The position numbers and the translations under genes were made by a program. Shown here piece by piece: positions 1-7,626 of a stretch of DNA of 9,285 nt (positions are counted from its first letter, which is position 1; every line of letters starts with the position of its first letter). The stretch comes from an uncultured archaeon. Lineage in GTDB: Archaea > Asgardarchaeota > Thorarchaeia > Thorarchaeales > CAZPUN01. The notes beneath the pieces were generated by a model. That model saw nothing but the letters and a program-made list of their open reading frames with translations, had not been told where the DNA came from and searched no databases. The DNA is taken from contig CAZPUN010000053.1 in NCBI GenBank assembly GCA_964589775.1, forward strand, positions 1 to 9,285, given 5' to 3'.

Positions 1-57
1 TGGGAGTTTTAATTTGGAGGGGGCATCGTAGTCGGAAATGGTGCCAATAAAATTCAT
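1..57 (-). CDS. Possible N-terminus of a gene running off the left edge (MNFIGTISDYDAPSKLKLP...)
   Basis: ATG at 57-55 opens 19 sense codons up to position 1, with an in-frame TGA upstream. Too short to assign and no clear SD. Confidence 0.3.
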   Translation of the reverse strand, partial: MNFIGTISDYDAPSKLKLP

Positions 58-452
58 GATTTTGTCTATTATTGCGTAATATCAACTACAGTTATCTGAT
101 AATCGCGGAAAAATACTATTTAGTTTTATATTTGGTATAAAAGCGAATAATTTCAAAAATATGGAATAAAGTGGTATTTGCGGGCATAATAGGGTTTCTG
201 GTTATAAAATATTAGTTATCAATTCTTTCGATCTGTGATTCATGCGGGTTCATTTTCGTCATAATATGCATATCGCGCAAAAATATGAAAAAAGGGTGAA
301 GAACACAAAAATAGAGATGGAAAAAATTAATTATCCCATAATATAATTTGAAGGAAACAATTAATGAGTTGAGCGATCAACAATGGATATGATGTTCATA
401 GGGTTTCATTATGGTTTGTTATGGAGGATCGAATTTGCGAAAATTAACACCA

Positions 453-555
453 TGGTTTAACGACCGAAGCGAGCATATTTGTTATACGAATTTCAAGGAC
501 ATATCGCCTGCCAGTATGAAAATTGGTTTAACGACCGAAGCGAGCATATTTGTTA
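453..555. repeat. Two identical 32-bp direct repeats (TGGTTTAACGACCGAAGCGAGCATATTTGTTA) separated by a unique 39-bp spacer; CRISPR-like mini-array geometry
   Basis: Exact copies at 453-484 and 524-555, spacer 485-523. The 71-bp period is not a multiple of 3. The repeat is directly visible; CRISPR identity is unproven (two copies, no cas genes). Confidence 0.9.
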
Positions 556-663
556 CAGATGATGTTGAATTAATGTTTGTGAGTTTTAGCTTTTATGCAT
601 AATAGTAGAGATTTTACTACCTCTGAGAGCAAGCATTATTTTTCAAAGCGGTGATGAATTGCA

Positions 664-677
664 GAAAAGTTTATTAA
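664..677 (+). promoter_or_regulatory. Archaeal BRE-TATA promoter (GAAAAG-TTTATTAA), predicted start near 697-701
   Basis: Purine-rich BRE directly followed by TTTATTAA (670-677). The expected start coincides with the beginning of the GC-richer pairable segment, about 245 nt before the next start codon. Confidence 0.55.
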
Positions 678-690
678 TGATTATACATCT

Positions 691-828
691 CTTAATGAAG
701 CTAAACATACTAAAGGGCTGAAGCGATAATCAAAGCTCCCTTATCGGGGCAATGCGAGTATAAGCGTGAAATGTCTACCGCTGGATAGTCTATACTCAGG
801 ACCCTCGCATTTCAATGCAGGAAGTCTG
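691..828 (+). mobile_element. IS200/IS605-family right-end / tnpB 3' remnant (omegaRNA-like scaffold)
   Basis: GGACCCTCGCATTTCAATGCAGGAAGTCTG (799-828) forms a bulged hairpin with a TTCA loop. It resembles archaeal IS605 right ends as I recall them (GGAACCCTCGCCCTTTAGGGCGGGGAGGAAGTCAG-like). 691-718 reads LNEAK-NILKG if one A is restored, like the TnpB C-terminal NAAxNI motif. Confidence 0.5.
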
Positions 829-904
829 TTTGGATAGCGTCTTCAATTACCGCTACAGAGGACAAAATATTGAAAAGTAGCCCGCAAGGATCGCGGATTG
901 AAAT
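693..904 (+). ncRNA. Putative structured non-coding RNA, family unassigned
   Basis: No long ORF and an upstream promoter. Pairings: GCTCC(735-739)/GGGGC(746-750), CGATAA(724-729)/TTATCG(741-746), AATGCGAG(751-758)/CTCGCATT(804-811), GAGTATA(756-762)/TATACTC(791-797), AGCG(763-766)/CGCT(779-782), 693-710 imperfectly with 824-849, GCTAC(852-856)/GTAGC(877-881), CCGC(882-885)/GCGG(893-896). Confidence 0.55.
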
Positions 905-943
905 AAAGAAATAAAGAAAGAAGTGAAACAATAGGTGAATGCG

Positions 944-1549
944 ATGCGAGTAGATGATCTACGAGCTCTTTATAATCATAGGAAGAGGGTAATTATACTT
1001 TTGATAATTATAAATGAACTCATAGATGCAGTCATTATCATTACGAGTTTGGATTTTTCGAATATGGTTAATTTCATTCGTATAATTTCGGTTGCTATGA
1101 TAACATCATTTATATCTATTATTTTGCTAAACAAATATCTAACGTACAATACAAGTCTTACTATCATTAACGACATTGAAGAAATATTCGAAGATTTCAC
1201 ATTGTTTGGCGATAAGATTTTTGCGAAATATAAGGCGGACGACAGGATCTTTCTTATCATTAAGCTTGGATTTTTCGGTTCTGCGCAATACTATTTATTT
1301 GCATTCAAGAATTTCGTAAGCACCGAGGAATCCGAAAAATATCCACGCATGAGTAAAGGAACCAGAACAGAGCTTGATGGTTTTAAGTTTTATAAAATGA
1401 CTGGAAACTTTGTGATTCCCACGCCAAATGGTAATATAGACGGCGAAGGAACCGCATTAATGTTTAATAATATTCACTTAAGAATGTCGAGAAAGTTGCC
1501 CAAGGATGCTTTGAAACTGTTAATTGAAACCATACGAAATGAGCTTTAA
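944..1549 (+). CDS. Hypothetical membrane protein: two N-terminal TM helices plus a soluble beta-rich C-terminal domain
   Basis: ORF track 935..1549. AGGTGA (933-938) looks like the SD, so ATG 944 is the preferred start. Two hydrophobic segments (VIILLIIINELIDAVIIIT; FIRIISVAMITSFISIILL). Confidence 0.85.
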   Translation: MRVDDLRALYNHRKRVIILLIIINELIDAVIIITSLDFSNMVNFIRIISVAMITSFISIILLNKYLTYNTSLTIINDIEEIFEDFTLFGDKIFAKYKADDRIFLIIKLGFFGSAQYYLFAFKNFVSTEESEKYPRMSKGTRTELDGFKFYKMTGNFVIPTPNGNIDGEGTALMFNNIHLRMSRKLPKDALKLLIETIRNEL

Positions 1550-1551
1550 AG

Positions 1552-1573
1552 TTTCTTTCCATTTTTATTTTTT
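1552..1573 (+). terminator. Archaeal-type U-rich terminator
   Basis: TTTCTTTCCATTTTTATTTTTT immediately after the stop codon at 1549. Confidence 0.5.
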
Positions 1574-1685
1574 GCATCTTTAAAAATCTAATAACTCTGT
1601 CTTCAATGTGTATTGTATGGTGAAGGTTTCTAATATAGCAAAAGATAAATCCAAATTAGGAATGCCTAAATTCGAAGTGAATAAT

Positions 1686-2198
1686 ATGAGTAGCGATATA
1701 AACCATAGTGAAAAAATGAATATTGAGGAGTTTCTTGAACTTGTGGATAAGGATCCCCAGACGGCTCGCATGATTGCATATGTCCAGTTAAAAAATCCTA
1801 AAATTAAATCAATATCTTCTACAGGGCTCCGATTCTTCCTAGAATATATTTACATAATAACTTTCTACAAAACCTCAAAGAATAATAATGAGCTTGAAGA
1901 GTCGTTATTACCAATTCTTGAAAAATATGGTACCGATGTCATTAATACATTTACCACTCGATATATCCGCGAAAAGATCAAAAAAGATGAAGAGATGTTC
2001 ATCACTGCTGCATACTTTGGATTATATGTATTCATGATGTATATCTCCGTTCTGAAAGACTTGAAAAAATATGATGAAAAGCAATTCGCAAGAATTAAAG
2101 AAATAATGAAATCAATTTTACAAGACTATATTAAAATTGATAAAGAGGACAAAGGATTGCGTGAATACTGGAAATCGATATATGGCGAGGAAGTTTAA
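1686..2198 (+). CDS. Hypothetical alpha-helical protein
   Basis: ORF track 1608..2198. ATG 1686 follows SD-like GAAGTGA and is the preferred start, but this is uncertain. No recognisable motif. Confidence 0.8.
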   Translation: MSSDINHSEKMNIEEFLELVDKDPQTARMIAYVQLKNPKIKSISSTGLRFFLEYIYIITFYKTSKNNNELEESLLPILEKYGTDVINTFTTRYIREKIKKDEEMFITAAYFGLYVFMMYISVLKDLKKYDEKQFARIKEIMKSILQDYIKIDKEDKGLREYWKSIYGEEV

Positions 2199-2464
2199 AA
2201 AATTCTATTATATAATTAATACATGTGATTTTCGGTCGTATTACATTTTGTCATAATTTCACAGCTTTTATTTCGAATTTTCGAATCAATCAATTGATAC
2301 CTTCCCGATTTGGGCATCGTAAAAAAACATAAAAAATTTGAGTGCTATTAATCGATTTTTTCATTTTTTATTAATATGTTTATTCAAAATTCAAAAAAAT
2401 ATGTGAAATTTTTATTGGGTAGTTAATATCATATCATTTATTGGAATATTTAGGGGGGTATTAT

Positions 2465-3442
2465 ATGAAACCTGAAGAACGATATGGAAAGCTTGTACAT
2501 TCAGCTGAAAATGCTGCAAAATTGGGATTATTTGAAGAGGCATATAAACGATATTTAAAAGCGGCAGAATCTGCTATCTCGCTAAATAGAATGCAAGAAG
2601 CGTATGTTTGGTATTTTCTTGCTTCAATATATAAATGTAATAGTTCAATAGATGATGAAAAGTATTTACTGAGTAGCCTTTATAATTTATATGAGACGTA
2701 TAATAAGCATCCGGTGGATAAAGTTACGGTATATATGCTTGGGGGTGCTTTTGGAGAATTCCCGGCGAAAAGATTTGTAAATGAAGCAATTGGCTTGCTT
2801 GCTCTTAATAATGCTAAGCTTACAAATATGGGGCTTGAAGAAATTGTTGAAAACCTGGATAAAGCAACGAAAGCATTTATGGAAATAGGGAATGATTATC
2901 TGTTTTATTCTAAATATTTAAGTATCATAAACAAGCGAGTTACTGCAAATTACGCTGCATTGATCAGTGAAGCAAATAAAGCGTATCTCCTTGGAGAGTA
3001 TTATAGTGATATTGACCCTACAAAAGCAGTAGAACATTATATGATCGCATCTCGAGCGTATAGAACTGCAAGGCGAATGGATATTTATCGAGATGTAATC
3101 AAATTAATTCAAGGTGTTCGAGTAACGAAAAAATGCTGGATTTGTGGAAGAGAAATTCAGGGCGAAAAGCACTTTGTATATTTAGATGCGAAGCTTGGTC
3201 CATATTTTGAAAAACTAATTGAGAAAAATCAAGATAAGCATTCGATTCATGGTAATAAAATCGTTGTATGTAATGTATGCTATTCTGCAATCGATAATAT
3301 TGTACAAGAGGAGCAAAGAAAATTACGTCAATTAATAGACCGATTACTCCAATTGGAACGTACTGTCTATTATATGAAGAAGGTACTTGATGCCATTCAA
3401 GTTGGTGGAACGGCTCGAAATGCATTTGGGGGTGGGTACTAA
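2465..3442 (+). CDS. TPR/alpha-solenoid-like protein with a C-terminal 4-Cys zinc site (CWIC...CNVC) and a coiled-coil tail
   Basis: SD AGGGGGG before ATG 2465. TPR-like patterns (FEEAYKRYLKAAE; AYLLGEYY...PTKAVEHYMIA), two CxxC pairs about 45 aa apart, and a heptad-like tail (LRQLIDRLLQLERTV). Confidence 0.9.
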   Translation: MKPEERYGKLVHSAENAAKLGLFEEAYKRYLKAAESAISLNRMQEAYVWYFLASIYKCNSSIDDEKYLLSSLYNLYETYNKHPVDKVTVYMLGGAFGEFPAKRFVNEAIGLLALNNAKLTNMGLEEIVENLDKATKAFMEIGNDYLFYSKYLSIINKRVTANYAALISEANKAYLLGEYYSDIDPTKAVEHYMIASRAYRTARRMDIYRDVIKLIQGVRVTKKCWICGREIQGEKHFVYLDAKLGPYFEKLIEKNQDKHSIHGNKIVVCNVCYSAIDNIVQEEQRKLRQLIDRLLQLERTVYYMKKVLDAIQVGGTARNAFGGGY

Positions 3443-5223
3443 TGGTTGACATCCAGCAATTATCCTGTGCGAATTGTGGAGCTCCATTGGAGTATAAAGA
3501 GGGTATAGAATTCATACGATGTAAATATTGTGGATATCAAAATGAAATATCAACTGCCAAAGAACGTATGGATAAATTAATCGAAGAAACCAAAAAGTGG
3601 CTCGAACAATTTTATATTAGCGGCTCCTCAACTATTGATGTCGGCATGCGTGCAATGTATTTTAAGGATAAAATATTTCCAGAAATTGTAGGTGAATTTA
3701 CAGAAATTGTACGAGATCGTATAGAACTCATAGACTATCCAATTGTTGGAAGTCCAGTGTTTAATGTCATTGATTACTTGAAATCGGAAATCTCATGGAA
3801 AATCTCCGACAGTAAGGAATTTGAGGATTTCGCATTTAAATTAAAGAATCCTGAAATTGAAGGATTTGCAACAACAAAGAAAGCGAAGGTACTTCTAAAG
3901 GCTCTTGAATTCAGATGCTATCATATTCCTACAACTCTAACCATAAACTATCTTGCGAACAAAACAGATCTCGATAGTCTTAAACTACTTGTTCAAAATC
4001 TCGAACGAATTAGTAGTGAAGCGCATGAGATATACCAGTCTATCGGTGACCCTGATGGGAAAATTTACGAAATCTTTTCTGAACGTTACAGAATTGGAAA
4101 AGAATTCACTCAACTTTTAATTAATAAGATTCGAGACCGTAAGCCATTTGAGGACGAAGAAATTCAAGGATACATATCTGAAACCCAGAAACTAATCAAT
4201 ACTTTATCCGAATCTGAAAATGTTTCCGTGGTCGATAAGATTGCACTAGAACAAGGTCTAAAGTATGATATTGAGGCATACAAAGTTCATATGAGTATTG
4301 TATCACTTTATTCAATCGGTAAGCTCAATTATGATGATTTTGTTAGAAGCTTCGAATCTTACGTTCGAAATGCTTTGATCTATCCGCGAAAGACCTCAAG
4401 CTTCAAAAATGTATTCGGAATCGAACGTGCCGAGGTTCCTGAATGGTTCACCGACAGATATGACCTCAGTAAAATCTCTTGGTTCTCTATGATTTTGAAA
4501 AAGAATTATCGGCTAAAATCTATTAAGATTGCAGGTCTTGACGAGGCAAACAGACTTATTCAACAAAGGATTCGTGGGGATTATTCTATTTTCTTGTATC
4601 CGTTTTACTTGCTAAAAGTTAAGGCGATCTTGAAATCCGGATTCTTATTCTGGAAGAAAGCGAACGATTATGAATTTTATACACTTGTTGATGCAACGTT
4701 TAATCAGCTTACTAAACCATTCCTAGATCTTGACTTTGCAGTTTTTACATCTCCCGGATTCAAAAAGGCTTTGAAAACCCGTGAAGGCAGAAATGTTCAG
4801 TCTTTAATAAATCTAAGAGAAAGTTCTATTGACCCTCGACATATTGTTATACCACCGAGCGTAGATGAATTGGATGCTGAAAATCTTTATCGTTACGCCT
4901 ACATATTAAAGGAAGACGAGTATATCGCACAGAAAAAAGACGAAACACTTGGCGTGGCTTTCTCTAAGTTTTTGGCTAAGAAGTTGAAGGATCTTGGAGA
5001 CCAATTAACACAAGGCATTTTCAATATTTCAGGTTCTTTCGCTCGGAAAGGGTTTGATGCATCTGAGGTTAAAGGAGTAGTTCCAAAAGTGATTGATCTT
5101 TTATACATACCATTAATTGCAACTTCAAACAAAATAATGATTGTAGGGCGTCAATTTGGAATCGATGAAATTCCTCAACGTGCTGATGTAATAAATGCCT
5201 TTTTGAAATTTGCAAAAAAATAG
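3442..5223 (+). CDS. Large protein with an N-terminal zinc ribbon (CANCGAPL...CKYCG), helical middle and a C-terminal region with LYPFY/LYIP motifs
   Basis: 593-aa ORF. TAATG stop/start overlap with the upstream gene at 3440-3444, preceded by a G-rich SD. Confidence 0.92.
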   Translation: MVDIQQLSCANCGAPLEYKEGIEFIRCKYCGYQNEISTAKERMDKLIEETKKWLEQFYISGSSTIDVGMRAMYFKDKIFPEIVGEFTEIVRDRIELIDYPIVGSPVFNVIDYLKSEISWKISDSKEFEDFAFKLKNPEIEGFATTKKAKVLLKALEFRCYHIPTTLTINYLANKTDLDSLKLLVQNLERISSEAHEIYQSIGDPDGKIYEIFSERYRIGKEFTQLLINKIRDRKPFEDEEIQGYISETQKLINTLSESENVSVVDKIALEQGLKYDIEAYKVHMSIVSLYSIGKLNYDDFVRSFESYVRNALIYPRKTSSFKNVFGIERAEVPEWFTDRYDLSKISWFSMILKKNYRLKSIKIAGLDEANRLIQQRIRGDYSIFLYPFYLLKVKAILKSGFLFWKKANDYEFYTLVDATFNQLTKPFLDLDFAVFTSPGFKKALKTREGRNVQSLINLRESSIDPRHIVIPPSVDELDAENLYRYAYILKEDEYIAQKKDETLGVAFSKFLAKKLKDLGDQLTQGIFNISGSFARKGFDASEVKGVVPKVIDLLYIPLIATSNKIMIVGRQFGIDEIPQRADVINAFLKFAKK

Positions 5224-5272
5224 CAAAATAAATCTTTTCTCTCTTTTTTATGAAAAATAAAAAATAAATGAA
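5224..5272. terminator. Likely bidirectional terminator region between convergent genes
   Basis: A T-tract on + (TCTTTTCTCTCTTTTTT) is followed by an A-tract (AAAAATAAAAAATAAA), which is a T-tract on the - strand. Confidence 0.5.
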
Positions 5273-5737
5273 TCATTCAATTATCATTTTGTGTTTACAA
5301 GTATTGGTTTTCGGATCATATGTGGATTCTTTTATGCTTACAACCTTTCCTGTGAGGTCCTCAATTATTGCAGCCGTAATTCCAAAAGCCATACACATGG
5401 GTGGGTTAATATTCATTCTTTCCAAGAATTGACGAGATAAACTCAAATAACAATTTTTAATCTCTAAATCAAAACTTGTATCTGTTAGATTTGAATATTC
5501 GTAAGATGCACCATGTGCAAATTCTGTAGTCAATGCTGAAAATTTATCCAGGATTGCCTTAATACTTGGTTCCGTTTTCATAAATGGTTTTAGATATTGT
5601 GAGATCATATTCTTCAATACGTGCCCACTTAATCGTGCAGCAATTGACATATCAATTCCCAATTGTGGAAATGCTGCCATTACAGAAGCAAGTGTTATAT
5701 TGGCAAATTCTCTTTCAGATGATTTAAAATCACTCAT
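5273..5737 (-). CDS. Stand-alone V4R / methanogen-output-domain-like protein
   Basis: ORF track 5273..5815. SD AAGGGGA precedes ATG 5737 (MSDFK..., 154 aa). Three-Cys pattern FDLEIKNC...MCMAFGITAAIIEDLTG...TCKHKMII is typical of the V4R-like fold. Confidence 0.75.
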   Translation of the reverse strand: MSDFKSSEREFANITLASVMAAFPQLGIDMSIAARLSGHVLKNMISQYLKPFMKTEPSIKAILDKFSALTTEFAHGASYEYSNLTDTSFDLEIKNCYLSLSRQFLERMNINPPMCMAFGITAAIIEDLTGKVVSIKESTYDPKTNTCKHKMIIE

Positions 5738-5985
5738 GATTATGTCCCCTTTAACAGTGTTAATATTAATTTCTATCTTAATTATATATAAGACTAAGTA
5801 TTCATTAGAAAACAAATTCTAATAAAAATTAAATTATTCCATAATAATCTATTAAAATTTTTATATTCTTAAAAATCAAAAAGCGTACGAATAATCGTTT
5901 TCAATAATTTTTATTGATTTTTGTATTTTTATATTGATTAGAGCCTTTTTAGTGCGTTTTATAATCAAAAATAGAAAAAATTAAA

Positions 5986-6555
5986 TTAAATCTTTAAATC
6001 TAATCCGAAACCTCGGGTTTTCTCCTTGAATATTTTTTCACCAGCCTTAATTTCGCAATCTAAGCGGTTTTCTTGAGGCGTTATTGGGCACACCCAGTTA
6101 TTATTGTACGCACAATATGGATTATATGCAAGGTTGAAATCCAAGATGTATAGATCCTTTTCTAAATGTTCGAGTTCGACATATCTGCCAGACTCGTACG
6201 TTTCAACGCCGCTTGTTGCGTCGAGGAATGGTACAAACAAGTATTCATCTTCGGGCGATTTGTACACATGTAATCGGCATTTCTTTCCATCAATTTCAAA
6301 TTCCACATATGCATATCTATAATATTCTTGTACTTGAGGAGTATTTGTAATTATGTGTACAATTTCAGGATTATCGAATTTTACGAGCCGAACAATGAAT
6401 CTGTATTTTGGATCCGGAGGATAATACTTGAGCCCCTTGAATTCTCTTTTCTGTTCCGGGGTCAGAGGCGATTGTGGATGCCGCTTGAAAAATTCATCTT
6501 TTTCCTTTCGAAATTTTTCGATTGCTTTAATGTATTCCTTTTCTTCGTCGTTCAT
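5986..6555 (-). CDS. DUF1684 family protein
   Basis: Signature segments FVPFLDATSGVETYESGRY, LDFNLAYNPYCAYN, WVCPITPQENRL, IKAGEK. SD AGGGGA upstream. Confidence 0.95.
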   Translation of the reverse strand: MNDEEKEYIKAIEKFRKEKDEFFKRHPQSPLTPEQKREFKGLKYYPPDPKYRFIVRLVKFDNPEIVHIITNTPQVQEYYRYAYVEFEIDGKKCRLHVYKSPEDEYLFVPFLDATSGVETYESGRYVELEHLEKDLYILDFNLAYNPYCAYNNNWVCPITPQENRLDCEIKAGEKIFKEKTRGFGLDLKI

Positions 6556-6712
6556 CTTTAATCCCCTATATTAGACTAAAAATTGTAAATAAAAATTTAT
6601 GCATACCTCAAAAAATTAAAAAGGCTTCCTAAATTCGTCGGAAACCAAATAAATATTATTTGTATGACGTAATCATGTCTAAATTAAAAAGTTATTTAGA
6701 GATCGTATAACC

Positions 6713-7585
6713 ATGCCCGACAAAAAAACCCGAACAAGTAAATTTGGAGCCCCAGGTAGGATTAGTCATGATTCTACACCGTTCTATTCAGGAAAGTTGT
6801 ATTCAAATATTAGGAGCGAAGAAAAGATAACATATTTTGAGAATGCAGTTCCTTCTGATGTACTTGATAAAATTTTCCTAAAGTCCAGTGAAGACATGTC
6901 TGAGTTACCGGATAATAGTGTGCATTTAATGGTAACATCGCCGCCGTATAACGTTGGAAAAGAATATGATAATGATTACTCTCTTGAGGAATATCTCGCA
7001 CTTCTAAGGCGTGTCTGGACGGAAGTCTATCGTGTTCTCGTACCTGGCGGTCGTGCGTGTATAAATATTGCGAATCTAGGTCGCAAGCCGTATATCCCAT
7101 TGCACGCATTCGTAATTAAAGACATGGTTGAAATTGGCTTTTTGATGCGCGGCGAAATCATATGGAATAAGGAATCCAGTGCGGGTTCATCTACTGCATG
7201 GGGCAGCTGGATGTCGGCGTCTAATCCCACTCTTCGTGACGTGCATGAATACATTCTTGTATTTTCAAAACAAACGTTCAAACGGCCTAAGATGGACCGA
7301 AAGAGTACGATTTCCCGAGACGAATTTCTTGAATATACCAAGAGCGTATGGAATTTTGGGACAGTATCTGCAAAGAAGATTGGGCATCCGGCACCTTTTC
7401 CTGTTGAATTACCTTATAGATGCATTCAACTCTATACATTCGAAGGCGAAGTAATTCTTGATCCATTCATGGGTAGTGGGCAAACTGCTATCGCTGCTAA
7501 AAACACTAATCGCCACTTTGTGGGATACGAAAATAATCCAAGTTATGTTGAACTGGCTAATCATAGAATTAGTGCTATTGGATAG
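6713..7585 (+). CDS. Beta-class amino-DNA methyltransferase (N6_N4_Mtase family), probably N4-cytosine
   Basis: Catalytic motif IV TSPPY precedes HPAPFP and SAM-binding motif I LDPFMGSGQT, which is the beta-class order. SPPY favours but does not prove m4C. Confidence 0.95.
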   Translation: MPDKKTRTSKFGAPGRISHDSTPFYSGKLYSNIRSEEKITYFENAVPSDVLDKIFLKSSEDMSELPDNSVHLMVTSPPYNVGKEYDNDYSLEEYLALLRRVWTEVYRVLVPGGRACINIANLGRKPYIPLHAFVIKDMVEIGFLMRGEIIWNKESSAGSSTAWGSWMSASNPTLRDVHEYILVFSKQTFKRPKMDRKSTISRDEFLEYTKSVWNFGTVSAKKIGHPAPFPVELPYRCIQLYTFEGEVILDPFMGSGQTAIAAKNTNRHFVGYENNPSYVELANHRISAIG

Positions 7586-7626
7586 TTTTCCAATTAAGTT
7601 TTGTCTATTTTAATATTTTTAAATCC

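Noticed and set aside
366-392. ELSDQQW resembling an IS5-type transposase N-terminal motif
   Set aside because: Immediately followed by stops, with no further similarity or terminal inverted repeats.
455-487. Integron attC-like ends (GTTTAAC...GTTATAC)
   Set aside because: Only about 33 bp, shorter than attC sites. No internal L-box palindrome, no cassette ORF between the copies and no integrase.
411-602. 63-aa ORF across the direct repeats
   Set aside because: The two repeat copies are read in different frames, and there is no SD or motif. Probably spurious.
651-721. C/D-box sRNA (GTGATGA ... CTGA)
   Set aside because: The span is long for an archaeal sRNA, internal C'/D' boxes are poor, and the interior is better explained as a promoter.
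693-930. Assignment of the structured region to RNase P RNA, SRP RNA, a group I/II intron or a TPP/SAM/cobalamin riboswitch
   Set aside because: Only short fragments resemble the consensus motifs (AGGAAGTC, ATAGTC, TCAGGACC). The required order and partner motifs are missing.
2181-2198. C-terminal GEEV as an EEVD-like ligand for the neighbouring TPR-like protein
   Set aside because: It lacks the terminal Asp, the genes are separated by about 265 bp, and a 3-residue match is expected by chance.
6713-7585. Raised GC in the methyltransferase as evidence of horizontal transfer
   Set aside because: Spot counts (29/60 at 7021-7080) are matched by parts of the 3442 gene (28/60 at 4381-4440). A proper codon-usage analysis is needed.
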